From NCBI RefSeq assembly GCF_044324875.1, contig NZ_CP172185.1: a stretch of 64,000 bases of DNA; one strand, 5' to 3'. How positions within the stretch are numbered: the first letter of the stretch is position 1; each line of letters begins with the position of its first letter. Origin of the DNA: Escherichia coli. Its GTDB lineage: Bacteria > Pseudomonadota > Gammaproteobacteria > Enterobacterales > Enterobacteriaceae. Shown here piece after piece: positions 56,370 to 64,000 of the stretch. A program made the position numbers and the translations under genes. The notes beneath the pieces are model-generated. The model had not been told where the DNA came from. It saw only the letters and a program-made list of their open reading frames with translations, and searched no databases.

Positions 56370-57755
56370 TTACGTTTCGCTCACCGGCGCTCTGTCACCA
56401 TCATACAACGGCACTTTGCGATAGCGGCGGATCAGATACCACAAATATGCGCCGCCTAACGAAGCCCATACCAGACCGAGTGTCAGTGACGTTGACTCGA
56501 GGTTAACCCACAGCACACCCACCGTCAGCGCGCCAACCAGCGGCATCAGCAAATAGTGGAAGTGATCCTTCCAGCTTTTATTCATTCCTTTACGCCGCCA
56601 GAAATGATTAAACACCGACAGATTTACGAAGGTAAATGCCACCAGAGCACCGAAGTTAATCAATGCTGTCGCGGTGACTAAATCAAAGAACAGCGCTGAC
56701 AACGCGACAATCCCGACCATAATGACGTTCAGTGCCGGAGTCCGCCATTTCGGGTGCACATAGCCAAACACGCGCTCCGGAAACACATTGTCACGCCCCA
56801 TCACATACAGCAGACGCGACACGCTGGCGTGCGACGCCAGGCCAGACGCTAACGTGTTCACAAACGTGGTACAGAGGAAAATCGACTGGAAGAGCTTGCC
56901 GCCGACGTATAGCGCAATTTCAGGCAGTGCGGCGTCCGGGTCTTTAAAGCGGCTGATATCGGGAAAGAACAGCTGCATAAAGAACGACGCAGCGATAAAG
57001 ATAACGCCGCCGTATACCGCCGTCAGGAAGATGGCTTTCGGGATCACGCGTGCGGCGTACGGCGTCTCTTCCGAAAGCGTGGTCACCGCATCGAAACCGA
57101 GGAAGGAGAAACAGACAATCGTCGCCCCGGTAATAATCGGGATCAGGTGCGCGTTCTCGCTGATAAACGGCTGAAGTGACCAGACGGTGCCAACGCCTTC
57201 TCCTTTATGCAGTCCCTGAACCACCAGGAAGATAAACACCACCATGATGGAGATTTGCACCAGTACAAACAGGGTATTGAAGTTAGCAACCAGGTTGACG
57301 CTCTTCAGATTCGCGGCGGTTAAAATGGCGACGAAGGTTACCACCCACACCCACGGCGGCACTTCCGGGAAGAGGGCGGAGAGATAGATTTTCGCCAATA
57401 AAACGTTGATCATTGGCAAAAAGAGATAATCCAGCAGCGATGACCAGCCGACCATAAATCCGACGTGCGGGTTAATCGACTTTTGCGCGTAGGTATAGGC
57501 CGAACCGGCTTCCGGAAACTGGCGAACCAGTTTGCCGTAGCTGATAGCGGTAAACAGCACGCCCGCCAGCGCCAGCAAATAGGACGCCGGAACGTGACCG
57601 TCGCTAATGCCGGAGACAATACCAAAAGTATCAAATACGGTCATCGGCGTGAGATAGGCCAGACCCATCATCACCACCTGCCACAATTTCAGTGATTTTC
57701 GCAGACGGGTTTTGCCAGATTGCGCAGCAATAGTTAGTGGTGAATTAATAGCCAT
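56370..57755 (-). CDS. puuP: Putrescine importer PuuP (APC family)
   Basis: Trimmed to [26 protein letters not shown], 461 aa, a 12-TM amino-acid/polyamine permease. Confidence 0.95.
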   Translation of the reverse strand: MAINSPLTIAAQSGKTRLRKSLKLWQVVMMGLAYLTPMTVFDTFGIVSGISDGHVPASYLLALAGVLFTAISYGKLVRQFPEAGSAYTYAQKSINPHVGFMVGWSSLLDYLFLPMINVLLAKIYLSALFPEVPPWVWVVTFVAILTAANLKSVNLVANFNTLFVLVQISIMVVFIFLVVQGLHKGEGVGTVWSLQPFISENAHLIPIITGATIVCFSFLGFDAVTTLSEETPYAARVIPKAIFLTAVYGGVIFIAASFFMQLFFPDISRFKDPDAALPEIALYVGGKLFQSIFLCTTFVNTLASGLASHASVSRLLYVMGRDNVFPERVFGYVHPKWRTPALNVIMVGIVALSALFFDLVTATALINFGALVAFTFVNLSVFNHFWRRKGMNKSWKDHFHYLLMPLVGALTVGVLWVNLESTSLTLGLVWASLGGAYLWYLIRRYRKVPLYDGDRAPVSET

Positions 57756-58057
57756 AATTGCTGCCTCCCCTGCGTAATAAGGTTTGCGGTCGTGTCGACC
57801 TGAAATCAAACCTGTTTAGCAAGGGAAGCAAAGGGGGCGGAGTCCAGTCAGTAGCAGGAGGGGCGCATACGCAGCCTCCCTCGCCATGCGGGGATTTAAT
57901 CATCGGCATCATCTCATTTCCTCGTCACAGTCTTAATCGTTAACGGAAGCCCGTTGCCGCCTGCGCTCCATAACGCGACATCCGGAAAATGTCTGGATTA
58001 CCAGCAAATGTCAGGCCTGGCTCCGCTCAGGCCGATGAAACAACCCCGCAAGGGGTA

Positions 58058-59476
58058 TTACGCGTTTTTCAACATCCACTCAATTTCTGTTTCTGTGATG
58101 AGGCGCTCAAACTGCAACAGCTCATCATTTTTACAGGCGTGATAGACATGGCAGAAGCGTTCGCCTAAATAGCGGCGCAGGTGATCATTCTCGATAAACT
58201 CACCCAGGGCATCGCTCTGGCGAATCGGGAAGGGTAAGCCTTCCTGTTCCAGCCCGTTACCTTCGACTTCTTCCTGTAATGGCAGTTCGTTATCAAGGCC
58301 ATGCAAAATACCGGCAAAAATCGCCGCCATCACCAGATACGGGTTGGCATCGGCACCCGCCACGCGATATTCCACGCGGTGATTATGGCGATCGCCGCAG
58401 GGAATACGCAGGGCGACGGTGCGGTTGTTATGGCCCCACGACGCCTGCGTCGGTACATACATCCCCGGCTGGAAGCGGCGATACGAGTTCACGTTTGGTG
58501 CCAGCAACGCCATTGATGACGGCATCAGATCGATCATTCCGGCGAGCATTTTTTTCAGCAGCGGCGAATCTTCGCCTTCCGCGTCAGAAAGCACGTTCTC
58601 GCCACGATTATTTTGCATACTGATATGGATATGCATCCCGCTGCCCGCGTGCTCTTCATACGGCTTCGCCATAAAAGTGGCGTGCATCTTATGCTTTTCT
58701 GCCATCAGACGCACCAGGCGTTTTAGTGCCAGCGCATCATCGCAAGCTTCCAGCACGTTATCGGTATGGTAAAGATTGATTTCAAACTGACCTGGCGAGG
58801 CCTCGGCGACCGCGCCATCTGCCGGAATCAGCTGTAACTGCGCCAGCTCATCAATATCATTGAGCACGTCGGCGAAGTGGTTGAGGTTATCAACGGAGTA
58901 AACCTGGCTTTGTGTATTGCGGTCATCGGTGCCGGGCGCGCAGGGCGGTTGCAGATATCCTTCAGCGTCGCGCTGGCGATCCAGTAAATAGAACTCCAGC
59001 TCTACCGCTACGACCGGGAACAATCCGCGCTGGCGCAGCTGCTGCCACAGGCGGTTAAGAACGTTCCGCGGCTCAACGTCAAAGGGAGCGCCATCTTCAT
59101 CGACCATGGTCAGGAGCATCTGACCGATAAACTCTGGATCGGCGGCAGAAGGGGTTAAGGAACCGAGAACAGGAACACAGGTACGATCCGGCTCGCCCAT
59201 TTCCTGACCCAGGCCCGCTTCTTCTACTACGTTGCCCAGAATATCCATTGCAAACACCGAGGCCGGGAAATAACACCCTTTCTCGAGCTTCTTCAGGCTT
59301 GAAACAGGAATACGTTTTCCACGGAAGCAACCATTCAAATCGGTAAGTAAAACATCAACATATTGCGTATTCGGGTAGCGCTCCAGGTAGCGTTTCACTT
59401 CCTGCGTAAAGGCGCTACCCCGCCTCTCTTCTGACTGCTGAACAAAGTTCTCTACTTCAACGATATTGGTTTCCAT
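58058..59476 (-). CDS. puuA: Gamma-glutamylputrescine synthetase PuuA (glutamine synthetase family)
   Basis: Trimmed to METNIVEVENFVQQSEERRGSAF, 472 aa, with a GS catalytic-domain pattern. Confidence 0.96.
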   Translation of the reverse strand: METNIVEVENFVQQSEERRGSAFTQEVKRYLERYPNTQYVDVLLTDLNGCFRGKRIPVSSLKKLEKGCYFPASVFAMDILGNVVEEAGLGQEMGEPDRTCVPVLGSLTPSAADPEFIGQMLLTMVDEDGAPFDVEPRNVLNRLWQQLRQRGLFPVVAVELEFYLLDRQRDAEGYLQPPCAPGTDDRNTQSQVYSVDNLNHFADVLNDIDELAQLQLIPADGAVAEASPGQFEINLYHTDNVLEACDDALALKRLVRLMAEKHKMHATFMAKPYEEHAGSGMHIHISMQNNRGENVLSDAEGEDSPLLKKMLAGMIDLMPSSMALLAPNVNSYRRFQPGMYVPTQASWGHNNRTVALRIPCGDRHNHRVEYRVAGADANPYLVMAAIFAGILHGLDNELPLQEEVEGNGLEQEGLPFPIRQSDALGEFIENDHLRRYLGERFCHVYHACKNDELLQFERLITETEIEWMLKNA

Positions 59477-59519
59477 GATTCTTCGCCTTTGGTTTGTTTT
59501 CCGCTCGTTATCAAAGCGT

Positions 59520-59705
59520 AAAATATAATGACCACCATTCGAATCTGTATGCAAACTAAATGTTTGTCAAATGTTAAATTGAGTTTGCAAAAATGAAAAC
59601 CCACTGCTAGATTGAAAAAATATTGAACATAAAGGTCATTTAAAGCGCAGTAATGGCGATAATTTAGTCCACTTTGTGAGATTGAGCATGGAAAATATAA
59701 TGAAC
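59520..59705. promoter_or_regulatory. puuA-puuD divergent control region with three copies of an AAAATAT(A/T)(A)TGA(A/C)C motif (candidate PuuR operators)
   Basis: The copies are aaaatataatgacc (59520-59533), aaaatattgaac (59617-59628) and aaaatataatgaac (59692-59705, just inside puuD). PuuR is known to bind several sites in this region. My assignment of these copies to those sites is not verified. Confidence 0.4.
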
Positions 59706-60452
59706 AATCCGGTTATCGGTGTCGTAATGTGCAGGAACAGGCTTAAGGGTCATGCGACCCAGACTCTGCAAGAAAAGTACCTGAATGCCATCATCCACGC
59801 AGGCGGCTTGCCAATTGCGCTACCACATGCGCTGGCGGAACCGTCGTTACTTGAACAACTTTTGCCGAAACTCGATGGTATTTATCTTCCTGGTAGTCCC
59901 AGCAATGTGCAGCCGCACCTATATGGTGAAAACGGCGATGAGCCTGACGCCGATCCCGGGCGTGATCTTCTGAGCATGGCGTTAATTAATGCCGCACTCG
60001 AAAGGCGCATCCCCATTTTCGCCATCTGCCGGGGTTTACAGGAACTGGTGGTGGCAACCGGTGGTTCGTTGCATCGCAAGCTGTGCGAACAGCCTGAATT
60101 GCTGGAACATCGGGAAGATCCCGAACTGCCGGTGGAGCAGCAATATGCGCCGTCGCATGAAGTTCAGGTTGAAGAGGGGGGATTACTGTCTGCGTTGTTA
60201 CCTGAATGTAGCAACTTTTGGGTAAACTCTCTGCATGGACAAGGGGCGAAGGTCGTTAGCCCACGGTTGCGTGTTGAAGCTCGCTCGCCGGATGGCTTAG
60301 TTGAGGCGGTTAGCGTCATCAATCATCCTTTTGCGCTGGGCGTACAGTGGCACCCGGAATGGAACAGTAGCGAGTACGCGCTTTCGCGTATATTGTTCGA
60401 GGGCTTTATCACCGCTTGTCAGCACCATATCGCTGAAAAACAGCGACTCTGA
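59688..60452 (+). CDS. puuD: Gamma-glutamyl-GABA hydrolase PuuD (class-I glutamine amidotransferase-like, peptidase C26)
   Basis: Trimmed to MENIMNNPVIGVVMCRNRLKGH, 254 aa. Nucleophile motif AICRGLQ. Confidence 0.95.
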   Translation: MENIMNNPVIGVVMCRNRLKGHATQTLQEKYLNAIIHAGGLPIALPHALAEPSLLEQLLPKLDGIYLPGSPSNVQPHLYGENGDEPDADPGRDLLSMALINAALERRIPIFAICRGLQELVVATGGSLHRKLCEQPELLEHREDPELPVEQQYAPSHEVQVEEGGLLSALLPECSNFWVNSLHGQGAKVVSPRLRVEARSPDGLVEAVSVINHPFALGVQWHPEWNSSEYALSRILFEGFITACQHHIAEKQRL

Positions 60453-60478
60453 CCACTACAGTTTAAGGAAATGCAAAT

Positions 60479-61036
60479 ATGAGTGATGAGGGACTGGCGC
60501 CAGGAAAACGCTTGTCGGAAATCCGCCAGCAGCAGGGGCTTTCACAACGTCGTGCCGCCGAACTCTCCGGGCTGACTCACAGTGCTATCAGTACGATAGA
60601 ACAAGATAAAGTCAGCCCTGCCATCAGTACGCTGCAAAAGCTGCTGAAGGTGTATGGTCTGTCACTCTCGGAATTCTTTTCCGAGCCGGAAAAACCTGAT
60701 GAGCCGCAGGTCGTCATTAATCAGGACGACTTAATTGAGATGGGCAGTCAGGGTGTGTCAATGAAGCTGGTTCATAACGGTAACCCGAATCGCACGCTGG
60801 CGATGATCTTTGAAACGTACCAGCCGGGCACAACCACTGGGGAAAGAATTAAGCATCAGGGTGAGGAAATAGGCACTGTACTGGAAGGTGAAATTGTTCT
60901 GACGATTAATGGTCAGGATTACCACCTCGTCGCGGGGCAAAGTTATGCCATTAATACCGGCATCCCGCACAGTTTCAGTAATACGTCGGCAGGTATTTGC
61001 CGAATTATCAGCGCCCATACGCCCACCACGTTTTAA
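60479..61036 (+). CDS. puuR: Repressor PuuR (XRE HTH plus cupin)
   Basis: 185 aa. HTH region LSEIRQQQGLSQRRAAELSGLTHSAISTIEQ and a C-terminal cupin domain. Confidence 0.95.
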   Translation: MSDEGLAPGKRLSEIRQQQGLSQRRAAELSGLTHSAISTIEQDKVSPAISTLQKLLKVYGLSLSEFFSEPEKPDEPQVVINQDDLIEMGSQGVSMKLVHNGNPNRTLAMIFETYQPGTTTGERIKHQGEEIGTVLEGEIVLTINGQDYHLVAGQSYAINTGIPHSFSNTSAGICRIISAHTPTTF

Positions 61037-61185
61037 TCTTTTTGTTCTGTAAGCCGGGTAAGCGCAATGCGCCCGGCAATCTATAAAGAATGTCGCCAGA
61101 AATAAACGGGCATACGGCCCGGGGATCTCTGCGCCCTGACGTTCACAAACTGCATATATCTGATAGACGTGAAACAGGAGTCATA

Positions 61186-62673
61186 ATGAATTTTCATCAT
61201 CTGGCTTACTGGCAGGATAAAGCGTTAAGTCTCGCCATTGAAACCCGCTTATTTATTAACGGTGAATATACTGCTGCGGCGGAAAATGAAACTTTTGAAA
61301 CCGTTGATCCGGTCACCCAGGCACCGCTGGCGAAAATTGCCCGCGGCAAGAGCGTCGATATCGACCGTGCAGTGAGCGCAGCACGCGGCGTATTTGAACG
61401 CGGCGACTGGTCACTCTCTTCTCCGGCTAAACGTAAAGCGGTACTGAATAAACTCGCCGATTTAATGGAAGCCAACGCCGAAGAGCTGGCACTGCTGGAA
61501 ACGCTCGACACCGGCAAACCGATTCGTCACAGTCTGCGTGATGATATTCCCGGCGCGGCGCGCGCCATTCGCTGGTACGCCGAAGCGATCGACAAAGTGT
61601 ATGGCGAAGTGGCGACCACCAGTAGCCATGAGCTGGCGATGATCGTGCGTGAACCGGTCGGCGTGATTGCCGCCATCGTGCCGTGGAACTTCCCGCTGCT
61701 GCTGACTTGCTGGAAACTCGGCCCGGCGCTGGCGGCGGGAAACAGCGTGATTCTAAAACCGTCTGAAAAATCACCGCTCAGTGCGATTCGTCTCGCCGGG
61801 CTGGCTAAAGAGGCAGGCTTGCCGGATGGTGTGTTGAACGTGGTGACGGGTTTTGGTCATGAAGCGGGGCAGGCGCTGTCGCGTCATAACGATATCGATG
61901 CCATCGCCTTTACTGGCTCAACCCGCACCGGGAAACAGCTGCTGAAAGATGCAGGCGACAGCAACATGAAACGCGTCTGGCTGGAAGCGGGCGGCAAAAG
62001 CGCCAACATCGTTTTCGCCGACTGCCCGGATTTGCAACAGGCGGCAAGCGCCACCGCCGCAGGCATTTTCTACAACCAGGGCCAGGTGTGTATCGCCGGA
62101 ACGCGTTTGTTGCTAGAAGAGAGCATCGCCGATGAATTCTTAGCCCTGTTAAAACAGCAGGCGCAAAACTGGCAGCCGGGCCATCCACTTGATCCCGCAA
62201 CCACCATGGGCACCTTAATCGACTGCGCCCACGCCGACTCGGTGCATAGCTTTATTCAGGAAGGCGAAAGCAAAGGGCAACTGCTGCTGGATGGCCGTAA
62301 CGCCGAGCTGGCTGCCGCCATCGGCCCGACGATCTTTGTGGATGTAGACCCGAATGCGTCCTTAAGCCGCGAAGAGATTTTCGGTCCGGTGCTGGTGGTC
62401 ACGCGTTTCACATCAGAAGAACAGGCGCTACAGCTTGCCAACGACAGCCAGTACGGACTTGGCGCGGCGGTATGGACGCGCGACCTCTCCCGCGCGCACC
62501 GCATGAGTCGCCGCCTGAAAGCCGGCTCCGTCTTCGTCAATAACTACAACGACGGCGATATGACCGTGCCGTTTGGCGGCTATAAGCAGAGCGGCAACGG
62601 GCGCGACAAATCCCTGCATGCCCTTGAAAAATTCACCGAACTGAAAACCATCTGGATAAGCCTGGAGGCCTGA
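61186..62673 (+). CDS. puuC: Gamma-glutamyl-gamma-aminobutyraldehyde dehydrogenase PuuC
   Basis: Trimmed to MNFHHLAYWQDKALSLAIETRLFING, 495 aa. ALDH motifs LEAGGKS and catalytic Cys QGQVCIAGTR. Confidence 0.96.
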   Translation: MNFHHLAYWQDKALSLAIETRLFINGEYTAAAENETFETVDPVTQAPLAKIARGKSVDIDRAVSAARGVFERGDWSLSSPAKRKAVLNKLADLMEANAEELALLETLDTGKPIRHSLRDDIPGAARAIRWYAEAIDKVYGEVATTSSHELAMIVREPVGVIAAIVPWNFPLLLTCWKLGPALAAGNSVILKPSEKSPLSAIRLAGLAKEAGLPDGVLNVVTGFGHEAGQALSRHNDIDAIAFTGSTRTGKQLLKDAGDSNMKRVWLEAGGKSANIVFADCPDLQQAASATAAGIFYNQGQVCIAGTRLLLEESIADEFLALLKQQAQNWQPGHPLDPATTMGTLIDCAHADSVHSFIQEGESKGQLLLDGRNAELAAAIGPTIFVDVDPNASLSREEIFGPVLVVTRFTSEEQALQLANDSQYGLGAAVWTRDLSRAHRMSRRLKAGSVFVNNYNDGDMTVPFGGYKQSGNGRDKSLHALEKFTELKTIWISLEA

Positions 62674-62674
62674 A

Positions 62675-63955
62675 ATGACCGAACATACCAGCAGTTACTA
62701 CGCCGCCAGTGCGAATAAATACGCGCCATTCGACACGCTGAATGAGTCGATTTCCTGCGACGTTTGCGTGGTCGGTGGCGGCTATACCGGGCTGTCTTCC
62801 GCGCTGCATCTGGCGGAAGCGGGCTTTGACGTGGTGGTTCTTGAAGCCTCACGCATCGGCTTCGGCGCAAGCGGACGCAACGGCGGGCAGCTTGTGAACT
62901 CCTACAGCCGCGACATCGACGTCATTGAAAAAAGCTACGGCATGGACACCGCCCGTATGCTCGGCAGCATGATGTTCGAAGGCGGCGAGATCATCCGCGA
63001 ACGTATCAAACGTTATCAGATTGACTGCGACTACCGCCCCGGCGGCCTGTTTGTGGCGATGAATGATAAACAGCTCGCGACTCTGGAAGAGCAGAAAGAG
63101 AACTGGGAACGCTACGGCAATAAACAGCTGGAGCTGCTGGACGCCAACGCTATTCGCCGCGAGGTCGCCAGCGATCGCTACACTGGTGCGCTTCTGGATC
63201 ACAGCGGTGGGCATATTCACCCGCTAAACCTCGCCATTGGTGAAGCCGATGCCATCCGCCTGAACGGCGGGCGCGTGTATGAGCTTTCCGCCGTGACGCA
63301 GATCCAGCACACCACGCCAGCCGTGGTGCGGACTGCCAATGGTCAGGTGACGGCGAAGTATGTGATTGTCGCCGGGAATGCGTATCTGGGCGATAAAGTA
63401 GAGCCGGAACTAGCGAAACGCAGCATGCCGTGCGGCACGCAGGTGATCACCACCGAGCGGCTGTCGGAAGATTTAGCCCGTTCGCTGATCCCGAAAAACT
63501 ACTGCGTGGAAGACTGTAACTATCTGCTTGATTACTACCGTCTTACCGCCGATAACCGCCTGTTGTACGGCGGCGGCGTGGTCTACGGCGCGCGCGACCC
63601 GGATGACGTTGAGCGCCTTGTGGTGCCGAAACTGCTGAAAACCTTCCCGCAGCTGAAGGGCGTGAAAATTGATTACCGCTGGACGGGCAACTTCCTGCTG
63701 ACCTTGTCGCGCATGCCGCAGTTCGGTCGCCTTGATACCAACATCTATTACATGCAGGGTTACAGCGGCCACGGCGTCACCTGTACCCATCTTGCCGGGC
63801 GTTTGATTGCCGAACTGCTGCGCGGCGACGCCGAACGTTTCGATGCCTTCGCCAATCTGCCGCATTACCCGTTCCCCGGCGGGCGCACGCTGCGCGTGCC
63901 ATTTACCGCGATGGGCGCGGCTTATTACAGCCTGCGCGATCGTCTGGGCGTTTAA
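62675..63955 (+). CDS. puuB: Gamma-glutamylputrescine oxidase PuuB (FAD-dependent)
   Basis: 426 aa, with FAD-binding motif VCVVGGGYTGLSSA. Confidence 0.95.
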   Translation: MTEHTSSYYAASANKYAPFDTLNESISCDVCVVGGGYTGLSSALHLAEAGFDVVVLEASRIGFGASGRNGGQLVNSYSRDIDVIEKSYGMDTARMLGSMMFEGGEIIRERIKRYQIDCDYRPGGLFVAMNDKQLATLEEQKENWERYGNKQLELLDANAIRREVASDRYTGALLDHSGGHIHPLNLAIGEADAIRLNGGRVYELSAVTQIQHTTPAVVRTANGQVTAKYVIVAGNAYLGDKVEPELAKRSMPCGTQVITTERLSEDLARSLIPKNYCVEDCNYLLDYYRLTADNRLLYGGGVVYGARDPDDVERLVVPKLLKTFPQLKGVKIDYRWTGNFLLTLSRMPQFGRLDTNIYYMQGYSGHGVTCTHLAGRLIAELLRGDAERFDAFANLPHYPFPGGRTLRVPFTAMGAAYYSLRDRLGV

Positions 63956-63992
63956 TTTCCGATTAACAGTGAAGAGTCAAAAGGTGTGAAAC

Positions 63993-64000
63993 ATGAGCAA
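63993..64000 (+). CDS. puuE: Start of 4-aminobutyrate aminotransferase PuuE (only 8 nt lie in the window)
   Basis: ATGAGCAA follows aaaaggtg at the position expected from the K-12 gene order. Too short to verify independently. Confidence 0.5.

Noticed and set aside
57745-57912. 55-codon minus-strand ORF (MMPMIKSPHGEGGCVCAPP...) in the puuA-puuP spacer, overlapping the puuP start out of frame
   Set aside because: It contains many rare codons (three AGG, plus CGA and CTA), and its Pro/Gly-rich composition simply mirrors GC-rich spacer DNA. Only a weak gaggaa lies upstream. I know of no annotation here.
59476-59554. 5' extensions of ORF-track frames (puuA here; also puuC, puuD, puuP, topA, pyrF, ribA, yciW, yciF, yciG, yciU, yciI, tonB, yciO, yciZ)
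   Set aside because: In each case an internal start with a proper SD reproduces the remembered N-terminus and exact length of the E. coli protein. The extensions run into promoter or neighbouring-gene sequence.

Overview
This 64 kb window is Escherichia coli-type chromosome. Gene for gene it follows the K-12 map as I remember it: oppBCDF, yciU, clsA, yciY, kch, yciI, tonB, yciABC, ompW, yciEFG, trpABCDE-trpL, yciV, yciO, yciQ, rluB, btuR/cobO, yciK, sohB, yciN, topA, cysB, ymiA, yciX, acnA, ribA, pgpB, lapAB, pyrF, yciH, osmB, yciT, yciZ, pdeR, rnb, yciW, fabI, ycjD, sapFDCBA, ymjA and puuPADRCB, ending at the start of puuE. Protein sequences differ slightly from the K-12 sequences I recall (for example TonB has 7 Lys-Pro repeats), so this is probably a non-K-12 strain. 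I found no rRNA, tRNA, CRISPR array, IS element, integrase or prophage genes. The only clear break in the core layout is a 1.56 kb AT-rich cassette at 24745-26309, between the convergent genes rluB and btuR. It holds a two-gene operon: a 340-aa predicted lipoprotein with an LSGC lipobox, and a 102-aa acidic protein with a CxxCH motif. I cannot assign either protein to a known family, and the cassette has no mobility genes. It is the best candidate for an undescribed accessory system, possibly envelope-associated exclusion, defence or immunity, but the function is entirely inferred. Lesser observations: a perfect 18-bp inverted repeat over the ycjD translation start; three GC-rich palindromic repeats between fabI and ycjD, one of which supplies the ycjD C-terminus and stop; two stem-loops in the rluB leader; a 31-codon hydrophobic ORF with its own terminator upstream of acnA; a repeated AAAATATAATGA(A/C)C motif in the puuA-puuD control region; and the tonB (KP)n repeat length. 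All coordinates were derived by hand from the printed sequence and the supplied ORF track. No database searches were run.
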